From Patescibacteria group bacterium (GTDB lineage Bacteria > Patescibacteriota > WWE3 > UBA101185 > 2-01-FULL-41-18), in the NCBI GenBank assembly GCA_038064575.1, contig JBBTST010000011.1, forward strand, positions 1-59,194: DNA of 59,194 nt, written 5' to 3'. Shown here piece after piece: positions 17,418 through 25,524 of this stretch; positions within the stretch are counted from its first letter, which is position 1; every line of letters begins with the position of its first letter. Made by a program: the position numbers and the translations under genes. The notes beneath the pieces were generated by a model that worked only from the letters and a program-made list of their open reading frames with translations, ran no database searches and was not told the DNA's origin.

Positions 17418-18017
17418 ATGTTAGAAATTATAATTTTTTATTTTCTTCCACTTCTTAGTGCTAATGTCATACACCATAGCATTGTTATTAAAAAGAACTT
17501 ATTGGCAACTCTAGCCATACCCCTTGATTTAGGAAGCTACCTTAAGGGCAAAAGACTATTAGGGAAGTCAAAAACATTCAGGGGTTTTGTAGTGATAGCT
17601 TTTATCTCTACAAGCTTAACTTTTCTGTTAACAATGCTTGTTCATGAAAAAGATTTTGTATCAGTTACTCTGAGGAGTTTTATCATAAGTACTGGTTATA
17701 TGTTTGGTGAGCTTCCCACAAGTTTTTTAAAAAGAAGATTTAACATCAATCCCTCTCAACAGGCTGGCGGTATTAAAGGGTTTTTTTTCTACAGTTTAGA
17801 ACAAATTGATTCGGTAACAGTAGCGGTAGCCTTATCAGGTCTAATGAACAATCTAAGCATATATCAAATGACAATGCTATTGATCTTAGGAACGGCCACT
17901 CACATAGTGATTGATTTATCTTTATATTTTAAGGGGTATAAAAAACTGATTTCAAAACCTTTCTTTTTAACGCTTCTCACAAAAGAGAGAAGAAATACAA
18001 AGCTCCCCCGGCAATAG
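17418..18017 (+). CDS. CDP-archaeol synthase (CarS)/DUF46-like CTP-transferase membrane protein
   Basis: 'PLDLGSYLKGKRLLGKSKTFRG' and 'GELPTSFLKRRFNI...SLEQIDS' parallel the archaeal CarS signatures (P.D.G....G.R.LG.GKT.RG and GD...SF.KRR......LDQ.D). The protein has 5-6 TM helices. Confidence 0.55.
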   Translation: MLEIIIFYFLPLLSANVIHHSIVIKKNLLATLAIPLDLGSYLKGKRLLGKSKTFRGFVVIAFISTSLTFLLTMLVHEKDFVSVTLRSFIISTGYMFGELPTSFLKRRFNINPSQQAGGIKGFFFYSLEQIDSVTVAVALSGLMNNLSIYQMTMLLILGTATHIVIDLSLYFKGYKKLISKPFFLTLLTKERRNTKLPRQ

Positions 18018-18570
18018 GAACAAAAAGGTTATCTGTGCCATTTAAACTGGAAGCTTCAATAACTGAAAGAATAAACGAATAAAAAATGCTAAAAGGAAGC
18101 ATCACTCCAAAAGAACTATATACAAAGGTGGATACAACAATAAAAGACAAAGACCCTGCTAAACTCTTTTTTATAAACATTGGGCTTCTCACACAATAGC
18201 CCACCAAAAAGGCAAAAGTGTCGCTAAAGGCTAAAAGTATTACTGAAATCTGAAAAGTGGTAACAGATCTGGGCCAATACAAAAAAGCACAAATGCTGAG
18301 AGCTAAAGGCATTATATAGGATCCCTTTGTTTTTCTAGAAACGCCAGTAACACTTTTTAGAAAAGCATACTTTTCTAAAAAGAAAAATAAAACAGCAAAC
18401 AGAACTCCAATGGATAATGCAGAATTTAAACTTAAAAAATAAGGGAAAAAGTAAACCACAACACCAGCAAAAAGATGAGAAAACTTCCTTGTGAACTCCG
18501 GCTCCACACCAAGTTTCAAAAGAACTTCCCCAACTAGAAATATCAAAAGTAGAAGTACAATCAGGAACAT
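17977..18570 (-). CDS. Polyprenol/phytol/dolichol-kinase-like membrane protein (CTP-transferase-1 superfamily)
   Basis: Multi-pass membrane protein with 'FTRKFSHLFAG' near the N-terminus and 'EASSLNGTDNLFVPIAGG' near the C-terminus, as in phytol/dolichol kinases. It is the last gene of the minus-strand operon. Confidence 0.5.
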   Translation of the reverse strand: MFLIVLLLLIFLVGEVLLKLGVEPEFTRKFSHLFAGVVVYFFPYFLSLNSALSIGVLFAVLFFFLEKYAFLKSVTGVSRKTKGSYIMPLALSICAFLYWPRSVTTFQISVILLAFSDTFAFLVGYCVRSPMFIKKSLAGSLSFIVVSTFVYSSFGVMLPFSIFYSFILSVIEASSLNGTDNLFVPIAGGALYFFSLL

Positions 18571-19067
18571 CTTCTTAGATAGCTTTCAAACTTGTTTTTT
18601 CTTAATTTCATAAAGTTTTGGATAGCATGCCTGTTTAAATACCTTAAATAAAGCTTAAGTTTAACTATAAGAGGCAACAGCGAAAATTCAATCTTTTCAA
18701 AACCCCTCTCTGTAATAAACTTTGCAACACCCTCATTTGATGTTGTTGCAAGGGTGTTAGTCCCTGACAAATCTTCAAAGGCTTTAAGGATCAGGCCTCT
18801 GCTCACTCCCTCCCGTCTAAACTGCGGATATACATATAAATTTGAAACCACACCATAACTTGCCGTAATCTTTTCTCTTTCAATCCAGCCTATTAAAGTT
18901 TTATTGACATAAGCAAAAACAAACGTTTCTTTCACCAAGTTCTTTTTAAGAAGTCCTTTTGATCTTATTCCAAGTGTTTTTTCTGAACAACAAATCTTAT
19001 AGATAGTATCAATAAGTAAGTCCGGATTTGTAAAAGGTGGAAAGGACCCATCTAGGCATGCTATCAT
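18561..19067 (-). CDS. GNAT-family N-acetyltransferase
   Basis: 'LYVYPQFRREGVSRGLILKAFEDL' matches acetyl-CoA binding motif A (Q/R-x-x-G-x-G/A type). It overlaps both neighbours, by 4 and 10 nt. Confidence 0.6.
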   Translation of the reverse strand: MIACLDGSFPPFTNPDLLIDTIYKICCSEKTLGIRSKGLLKKNLVKETFVFAYVNKTLIGWIEREKITASYGVVSNLYVYPQFRREGVSRGLILKAFEDLSGTNTLATTSNEGVAKFITERGFEKIEFSLLPLIVKLKLYLRYLNRHAIQNFMKLRKNKFESYLRRCS

Positions 19068-19648
19068 TTCACCCCCATTGCAGAATAAACATAAAAAGAG
19101 AAAAGCCCAAAAGAGAGCATTAATAAAATATAAAAAATGGCTGAAACCTTAGGAAAGATAAACTTCTGTATCATCAGAAAACCCAGTATTAAATTAGAAA
19201 CCATAATTTGATATGTTTTCCCTTGAAAGGGCAAAAACCAAATAAAAAAAAGGCTATAAAGACTAAAAACAACAGGCAAACCCATATATCCTCTGGTTTT
19301 GCCTATATATGAATACCCGAATGTGTTAAATCTGATCAGTCTAAACACTCCACAGCAGACAAAAATAAAAAGCGACAGCTTTTCTCCAAAACTCAATGCA
19401 AAAGCACTCAAGAAAAAAATGGTGGGATAAACCAGATAAATAAAAATATCGGACGCGGAATCCAACTGCCTGCCAAAATTGGATTCTTCTTTGAAAAATC
19501 TTGCCACGTATCCATCCAAACCATCAAGCACAGCTGAAAAAAAAGCTAAGGCAATTGATAGCGTGTAGGAGCCTTGCACTGCAAGATCGATTGCAAACAA
19601 GACCAGCATTAAGGCCAGAAATGTCATGGCATTGGCTTTATGTTTCAT
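19064..19648 (-). CDS. CDP-alcohol phosphatidyltransferase (phosphatidylserine/archaetidylserine-synthase-like)
   Basis: Complete D-G-x2-A-R-x8-G-x3-D-x3-D motif in 'DGLDGYVARFFKEESNFGRQLDSASD'. The 194-aa protein is multi-pass membrane. Confidence 0.8.
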   Translation of the reverse strand: MKHKANAMTFLALMLVLFAIDLAVQGSYTLSIALAFFSAVLDGLDGYVARFFKEESNFGRQLDSASDIFIYLVYPTIFFLSAFALSFGEKLSLFIFVCCGVFRLIRFNTFGYSYIGKTRGYMGLPVVFSLYSLFFIWFLPFQGKTYQIMVSNLILGFLMIQKFIFPKVSAIFYILLMLSFGLFSFYVYSAMGVK

Positions 19649-21311
19649 TTATATACACTCTTCCGCTTTTTAGATCAACTTCTATAGTATCCCCATTTTT
19701 GATAACATCAGTTGCTCCAGAAACAGATACCACACAGGGAAGCCCATACTCTCTAGCAACAACTGCCGCATGGGAAAGAAGTCCTCCCCTTTCCACAATA
19801 ACACCCCTAAGAAGCGGGAATATTATTGTCCAACCCGGGTCAGTTTGGGAAGTCACCAGTATTTTATCTCTAAATGAGGCGTTATAATCAAATTCTTTTA
19901 GTACTAAAGCTTTTCCATTCAGCCTCATTGTGTCCCCAGTTGATGCTATCTTTCCCACCAGTTTACCCAAAATTTCCTTCTTATTAACGGTTAGTGAGAA
20001 ATCCAATTTTTTTCTTTTAGCTAATCTTTTATTTAAATCATCAGAAGTAAGCTTTGTCTCAATTCTTCTTGGAGGGTTTATACCTTTGAAAAGCTTAAAG
20101 AATCTTTTTCTTTTTCCTATCACTCGTTTTAAGAAGTCTTTCTTTTTACCAGCCAAAAGCATAAGCAGTTCTTCAACCTTCAAATAAAAAATGTCTTCTT
20201 GGTTATCAATTAAATGCTTATTCTTTAATCTTTGTGCCATCTCCAAAAAAACTTCTCTGGCAAAAGCAAAAATTTGAGCTCTTCTAAACCTTGCGTGTTC
20301 CCGTCTTGCAATTGAAGTGCTAACCCACCCCTTCAGAAAGGAAAAGGGCAAACTTATAAACCCCGATTCTCTTTCTTGTGCTTTGTCAGAAGAGAGCTTA
20401 GAGGGCACCTTTAGAGCATTTACAAGTATAGTAAGGACAAAGCTTTCATTTTGCTCAAAAGTTTTAGATTCTAATTTAAGCTCGCCCGGAACTTTGCTTC
20501 CAAAGTCTTTTATATATGAAACAACTAACTTTTTGAAAGCAAAATCAAAATTTTCAACATAAATCTTTTTATGCAAATTCTCAATAGAGTCAGTTAAAAA
20601 GATTTCTTTAAGTTTGGGATTGGCAGTTATAACTTCAAGCATCTCCATAAGTTTTTTTGATGGCTCTACACTTTTGATCAGCTGAGAACTCTTGAGAAGG
20701 GCAATAAGATTGGAATCGCCCTTTGACTGAGCTAGCCTGGAAAGCAAGCCAACACTAACCATAACTGCAAAATCATTAACTATGGGAATTCTAAAATCCT
20801 TAGTCATATTTTTTTCTGCATTTAAATAAAGTTTGCAAAGAGCAGAATCAGACAATAAAGAAAGATTTTCAGATTTTAAAAGCAATAATTTTTTGTCAAA
20901 ACTTTTAGTAAAAGCTCTAATTAATAAGGGCATAAATATAAAACTGAGGGTTATACAACACAAAGAATACAAAAAATGCAGAAGGGGTTGAGCATTAACC
21001 TTTTGTTTATAACTTTTTTCTACCCCAATCATCTGTTCAAGAAATTGTCTGGTGGATGAATAGAGAGGTAAAAAACTGAGGAGTCGGTGCCAATTTTTAA
21101 TGTGGTAATACATTCTCCCCCCAATATGAACAACAAGGTTATCAAAAAGCTTTGGGACTGAGGCAACTTTTTTTTCAGGCACCCCGAGTGCAAAACAAAA
21201 TTCTTTATAAACTCCGGAATATACTCTTTTTGCAAAGGAAAAAGTTAGAGTTGATGAAATACCTGAGTAGCTCTCTATCAAATTAGAGTTGTCATAAATA
21301 TACCTATTCAT
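19638..21311 (-). CDS. PEP-utilizing-enzyme mobile (phospho-His swivel) domain protein with a novel N-terminal region
   Basis: The C-terminal roughly 90 aa contain 'VIVERGGLLSHAAVVAREYGLPCVV', the swivel-domain His motif. The N-terminal roughly 450 aa are helical with no ATP-grasp motifs that I recognise. Confidence 0.6.
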   Translation of the reverse strand: MNRYIYDNSNLIESYSGISSTLTFSFAKRVYSGVYKEFCFALGVPEKKVASVPKLFDNLVVHIGGRMYYHIKNWHRLLSFLPLYSSTRQFLEQMIGVEKSYKQKVNAQPLLHFLYSLCCITLSFIFMPLLIRAFTKSFDKKLLLLKSENLSLLSDSALCKLYLNAEKNMTKDFRIPIVNDFAVMVSVGLLSRLAQSKGDSNLIALLKSSQLIKSVEPSKKLMEMLEVITANPKLKEIFLTDSIENLHKKIYVENFDFAFKKLVVSYIKDFGSKVPGELKLESKTFEQNESFVLTILVNALKVPSKLSSDKAQERESGFISLPFSFLKGWVSTSIARREHARFRRAQIFAFAREVFLEMAQRLKNKHLIDNQEDIFYLKVEELLMLLAGKKKDFLKRVIGKRKRFFKLFKGINPPRRIETKLTSDDLNKRLAKRKKLDFSLTVNKKEILGKLVGKIASTGDTMRLNGKALVLKEFDYNASFRDKILVTSQTDPGWTIIFPLLRGVIVERGGLLSHAAVVAREYGLPCVVSVSGATDVIKNGDTIEVDLKSGRVYINET

Positions 21312-22209
21312 ACTTAAGAAAGATTATCATGCCAAGATATACAAAGACACAATAAATGGAAATGCCATAAAAAAGAGTTTTTGAGGAATCACGGCTCTTA
21401 TGATTTAAATAATTAAGTACAAAGGGCAGAGGAAAAGAACTTAAAAAGATACTAAAGATAAGATGCCTTGACAATAAATAGCTTAAGCTTTCCATAAAAA
21501 GAAATAAGGATACAGATAGCAGGCAGCTTAATGCCACAAGTACTATGCTCACAAAATGTAATCCGTATCTTGCACTGTATGTGTCTTTGGAAGCATTTTC
21601 ATCAAGCTTGAAACGCGATTTTCTGGCAACCTCTATAAGCACAATAGTAAGAATAAAGAGTATAAGTTGCCAAAACATAGATCTGTTAATTGTAAAAGGG
21701 TTATTTATCCCAAAAAAAAAGAGCCAAAAATAAACAAATACAAAAACTAACTCGTGCAAGATAAGGTACAGAAGAAGTTTGCTTTTTATGAAGGCTCCTA
21801 CAAAAAATTCCTTATACATAAAAAATGTATAAATAGAAGCAAGTACAAAAACCGTTAAAGAAATTCCGTAACCTAAGAATAGGGTAATCAATAACTCTAT
21901 TAAAAAGGCTGTTATACCTAAGAGTTTCAATTCCAACAGTGAGAGTAGACCTTTCTGAATGGGTCTATCAGGATAATATTTAGAGTCATGAGCAAAATCT
22001 TTTAGCTCGTCCAAAACCCTTAATTTAAACAAAAATATAAAAAACATAAAGGCTCTTAAAACTACCAGTTTATAGCTGTGCTCAAAACCAAGTCGCCAAC
22101 TCAAAAGGCTTACACTAAGTCCTACTAAAAGAGTAAGAAGTAAAACTGAAAAGAAAGGAAAACGAAGGTGAACATATTGCCAAAGCCTCAATAAAAAGTT
22201 TTTTTTCAT
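21304..22209 (-). CDS. UbiA-superfamily-like polyprenyltransferase membrane protein
   Basis: About 8 TM helices. The first Asp-rich motif is 'LDELKDFAHDSKYYPDRPIQKGLLS' (compare NDxxDxxxD...RP..SG). The second region is 'KLDENASKDTYSARYG'. Confidence 0.5.
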   Translation of the reverse strand: MKKNFLLRLWQYVHLRFPFFSVLLLTLLVGLSVSLLSWRLGFEHSYKLVVLRAFMFFIFLFKLRVLDELKDFAHDSKYYPDRPIQKGLLSLLELKLLGITAFLIELLITLFLGYGISLTVFVLASIYTFFMYKEFFVGAFIKSKLLLYLILHELVFVFVYFWLFFFGINNPFTINRSMFWQLILFILTIVLIEVARKSRFKLDENASKDTYSARYGLHFVSIVLVALSCLLSVSLFLFMESLSYLLSRHLIFSIFLSSFPLPFVLNYLNHKSRDSSKTLFYGISIYCVFVYLGMIIFLKYE

Positions 22210-22231
22210 ATGTAATTGTAGCTTTGTTGAC

Positions 22232-22642
22232 TTAGGGCTTTGGGGCAGAAGATAAAACGCTTGATACCAATTCCGACTTCCAACCTTTACTTATTAATGA
22301 GGTGCTTATTAGTTCATCATTCATTCCAGATGCTCTTGCTTTTGCAATATAGTCAAGAAGCACACCCTCCTCCTTATTCTTAAGCTTAGTAGAAACAGAT
22401 ATCAAAATTTCTTTCTCAATATAAGCTCTAGTGCTTGGAATAAGGTTTGGTATAACTAGCGCTAACATTATGTGCCCTATAAGAAGAGACAATCCAAACC
22501 ACACAAAAGCCCCCATCCCCGCAGTACACACAATAGAAAAAAACGCCAAAGTCATCACCTGATCAAATCCGCCAGAAGATAAAGCCAAAAAGATAACTAA
22601 AACCGGAAGACCAACTAAAGTTTTAATTAAATCTCTTTTCAT
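22232..22642 (-). CDS. Hypothetical membrane protein (3 TM helices plus a soluble C-terminal domain)
   Basis: 136-aa ORF that is co-directional and tightly packed in the operon. Confidence 0.5.
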   Translation of the reverse strand: MKRDLIKTLVGLPVLVIFLALSSGGFDQVMTLAFFSIVCTAGMGAFVWFGLSLLIGHIMLALVIPNLIPSTRAYIEKEILISVSTKLKNKEEGVLLDYIAKARASGMNDELISTSLISKGWKSELVSSVLSSAPKP

Positions 22643-22645
22643 AAC

Positions 22646-23695
22646 TTACAGCCTACTTTCCAGAATACAGTCGTGGTAAAAAACAAACGCAAGAATCAAA
22701 GCAAAATACAAGGGTATTGCCATAGCAACTTCAACTGGAATATGTGTAATAACTGTATTAAACCCTGAAAAACTTTGAGTGGCTGTTGGTCCATAAACTC
22801 TGATCCCATAATTCATGAATAGAGATTCTAACGGAAAGGCCACTACAGAAGTCAATCCCACAGAAAGAAGAAATTTCCACCTTGCGGAAAGAGTATAAAA
22901 AAGGTCTTCAACTACAAGAACTGACAGCGTAACCAAACAAACCCAAACTATACTCACCAAGAAACTTATATCCCTATAAAAATAAGACCAGCTAGGAAGA
23001 TTTCTATTGTAAACCATAGGCTCTATCATAAGTTCAAAGAGAAAAACTCCAATTAGAGACAGAATAAAAATTCTAAGAGTGCTTTTCTTTTTTGAGGGAA
23101 TGATTGGGCGTTTATCATAATCAAGCGTCATGTATTTATAAAAAGAGATAATTAAAAGAGAAAACACTGAGACATAATACAAAGCCTCAATTGGGGTACC
23201 CATAAAGGAGGTACCGCTTAAAACCTCCTTAACTTCCAAAGAGTATTCCCTTATACCAACACTAAGAACTACTGATTCAGCACTAAAGACTATTGCCGTT
23301 GTAATAATAAGATACACAGCAAATCTCAAATATTCTTTTCTTTTTTTCAGTAGAGTGTCAACAAGAGTCGTTACACCTAAAAATAGAGCTGTCCAAATTA
23401 AAGAAAGAATCCAGCTAATATCAAGATAAATATATGCAAATTTTCCAAGATGGCTATTTGTCCACATAGGAGCCGTGAACAATTCAAAAAGGAGCACCCC
23501 CGTAAAAGTTATTACGAACCTCATAAAAAACCTATTAACCATCTTGTAAACTACAAAGAGTGTGGCAAGACTTAAAAGCCCATAAATAAGTTCAAAAAGA
23601 AAGGCTTGAGAGGTAAGAGTCTTATCAAAAGAACATAAAGAACCAAGCAAACAGGGATCAATTACAGGCGCTTTTATAATAGAACTAAAATCCAT
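22646..23695 (-). CDS. Internally duplicated polytopic membrane protein (2 x ~150 aa), possibly lycopene-cyclase-domain-like
   Basis: Two halves align at a 150-aa offset: 'GVLLFELFTAPM..DIS..AES..GIREY..TPIE' versus 'GVFLFELMIEPM..DIS..LES..GIRVY..IPVE'. Confidence 0.6.
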   Translation of the reverse strand: MDFSSIIKAPVIDPCLLGSLCSFDKTLTSQAFLFELIYGLLSLATLFVVYKMVNRFFMRFVITFTGVLLFELFTAPMWTNSHLGKFAYIYLDISWILSLIWTALFLGVTTLVDTLLKKRKEYLRFAVYLIITTAIVFSAESVVLSVGIREYSLEVKEVLSGTSFMGTPIEALYYVSVFSLLIISFYKYMTLDYDKRPIIPSKKKSTLRIFILSLIGVFLFELMIEPMVYNRNLPSWSYFYRDISFLVSIVWVCLVTLSVLVVEDLFYTLSARWKFLLSVGLTSVVAFPLESLFMNYGIRVYGPTATQSFSGFNTVITHIPVEVAMAIPLYFALILAFVFYHDCILESRL

Positions 23696-23713
23696 ATCAG
23701 TTATATAATAAAA

Positions 23714-24880
23714 CTATTCAGGGCAACCGCAAGATTTTCCTACTCTTACTGAAGCTTGACTGCGAGTTGCAGAATCCTTGACCTTACAACCGCCCCATTT
23801 GGCTCTTAAAAAATCTGGAGAAGATGAAAGTTCTTCCCAAATTGCGAAAAGTGGTTTTTCCAATATATTTCCAAAAACAGCATGATTGAAATCACAAGAG
23901 CAAACATCTCCATAAGGGATTATATAGAAATAGCTTGTTCCACAGGAGCAACCCACACTCCTAAAACTTGTTGCATACGCAAAAAGTAAAACTCCAGGGT
24001 AGGAACTGTCATTATTATACTTTTTGGATTCCTCGATCATTGCTTCAACCCATGCGTTGTTATCTACAAGGTCTTCTCTTTTTTTAAGCCGTCCTGTAGG
24101 AAGCGAGTCAAAAATCAAGACTTCATGAATACCAATTTGCTTTCCAAACTCAATAATTTTGTCAAATTCCCCTTTTGCATAAGACTCGGGAGTTAAAGTT
24201 GCGGAGATGCCACATGACATCCCAAATTTCTTGGCTTCAAGAATACCCTCAACCGCTTTGTCAAAAAGTCCTTTCCTTCCCCTTAACATGTCATGGATTT
24301 CAGGATTTGCCGAATCAAGACTTATATAAACGCTATCAAGCCCTGCTTTTTTGTAAGAGAGTATATTCTCCTTAAGCAGGAAACCGTTTGTAAACATAAC
24401 CGTTGTTGATTGGTTCTTATCCACACTTGCAATAATTTCAGGCATATCCTCTCTTAATGAGGGTTCCCCACCAACAAAATTGATAGTGGAAACACCAAGT
24501 TCCTGCGCGTCTCTAATAAGTTTTTTTGCTTGTTCTAAATTTAAAACTTTTCTTGATTTGTCTTCAACTGCGCTGAAAAAACTGCAATGCTGACAATTTG
24601 CATTGCAAATATCATTTACCGCAAAACTAATAAGATTTGGTAGATTTTTGTTTTGTATACCTTTGTACACAGCTCTTGCCAGAAAGTTTGCAGCGGGTTT
24701 ACTAAAAAGCGCCGGTGTAGAAAGCGAATAAACAGGAAAGCCACCCCTATAATGAATCACTTTGTTATGATTTAGATAAATTTTATAAAGAATATCAACA
24801 TAGTCTACAGTGTAGCCAAGAGTCCTTTTTGCAATAAAATATTTGAGTTTTAATCTGTTGAGTAATTGGTTAATAATCAT
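23714..24880 (-). CDS. Radical SAM enzyme with a SPASM/twitch-like C-terminal Cys cluster
   Basis: CX3CX2C in 'CNANCQHC' and the 'GGEPSL' SAM-binding motif. The C-terminal 'GCSCGTSYFYIIPYGDVCSCDF...WGGCKV...CGCPE' suggests an auxiliary-cluster domain. It is the first gene of the minus-strand operon. Confidence 0.8.
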   Translation of the reverse strand: MIINQLLNRLKLKYFIAKRTLGYTVDYVDILYKIYLNHNKVIHYRGGFPVYSLSTPALFSKPAANFLARAVYKGIQNKNLPNLISFAVNDICNANCQHCSFFSAVEDKSRKVLNLEQAKKLIRDAQELGVSTINFVGGEPSLREDMPEIIASVDKNQSTTVMFTNGFLLKENILSYKKAGLDSVYISLDSANPEIHDMLRGRKGLFDKAVEGILEAKKFGMSCGISATLTPESYAKGEFDKIIEFGKQIGIHEVLIFDSLPTGRLKKREDLVDNNAWVEAMIEESKKYNNDSSYPGVLLFAYATSFRSVGCSCGTSYFYIIPYGDVCSCDFNHAVFGNILEKPLFAIWEELSSSPDFLRAKWGGCKVKDSATRSQASVRVGKSCGCPE

Positions 24881-24924
24881 TAACTAAAGTTTAATATAGG
24901 TTTAAGGATTTAGATACAAATTTC

Positions 24925-25521
24925 TTGTATCATGTGAAGGTGGGTTTTTCCTTAGCAGAAGCAGACAATCAAAAAAATGAGGTACTGAATGCGGAAGTCA
25001 AAAAGGAAGTAGAAACACTCCTACAAAATGTTGCCGGCTCCGCACGGTTTCATAACGCTATGAGTGGTTCTTATACTAGCGGAAAGTATTCTTTAGCAGA
25101 TCTCTCATCCGAAGCATTAGAAACCCTTTTAGGACCATATTATTTGAACACAAATTTACCAGACAAGCCAAGTTTTAGTAGCCCAACCACAATACCACTT
25201 TTGACTGCGGCTAAAATTAAGGACGAGTTCTTTCTTTACTTAGAGTCCCCTGAACTTGGAGGAAAGGAGTTGGACACCACCAACAGAACAGAACCAATTA
25301 TTCTGGAAATAAGAAGTTATATTAACCAAAGACAAAGGTCATATGAAACTACCAGGAACCGATATGAGGAAATAGCTAGTAAGGCTTTAGAAAAGACCAA
25401 AGCCTGGTTTTCACCCGCTTTAGGTATACCAGCAACTGATGCCTTTATCAAACTTAGGGTACTTAACAAGCTAGCCAAAAACGAGCTCATTGATAAGGCA
25501 TGGGTTGAAGGGGAAAAATAG
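24925..25521 (+). CDS. Hypothetical protein (no recognisable domain)
   Basis: 198-aa ORF with a TTG start (GTG alternative at 24934). Its stop lies 3 nt before the next ORF. Confidence 0.45.
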   Translation: MYHVKVGFSLAEADNQKNEVLNAEVKKEVETLLQNVAGSARFHNAMSGSYTSGKYSLADLSSEALETLLGPYYLNTNLPDKPSFSSPTTIPLLTAAKIKDEFFLYLESPELGGKELDTTNRTEPIILEIRSYINQRQRSYETTRNRYEEIASKALEKTKAWFSPALGIPATDAFIKLRVLNKLAKNELIDKAWVEGEK

Positions 25522-25524
25522 GGT

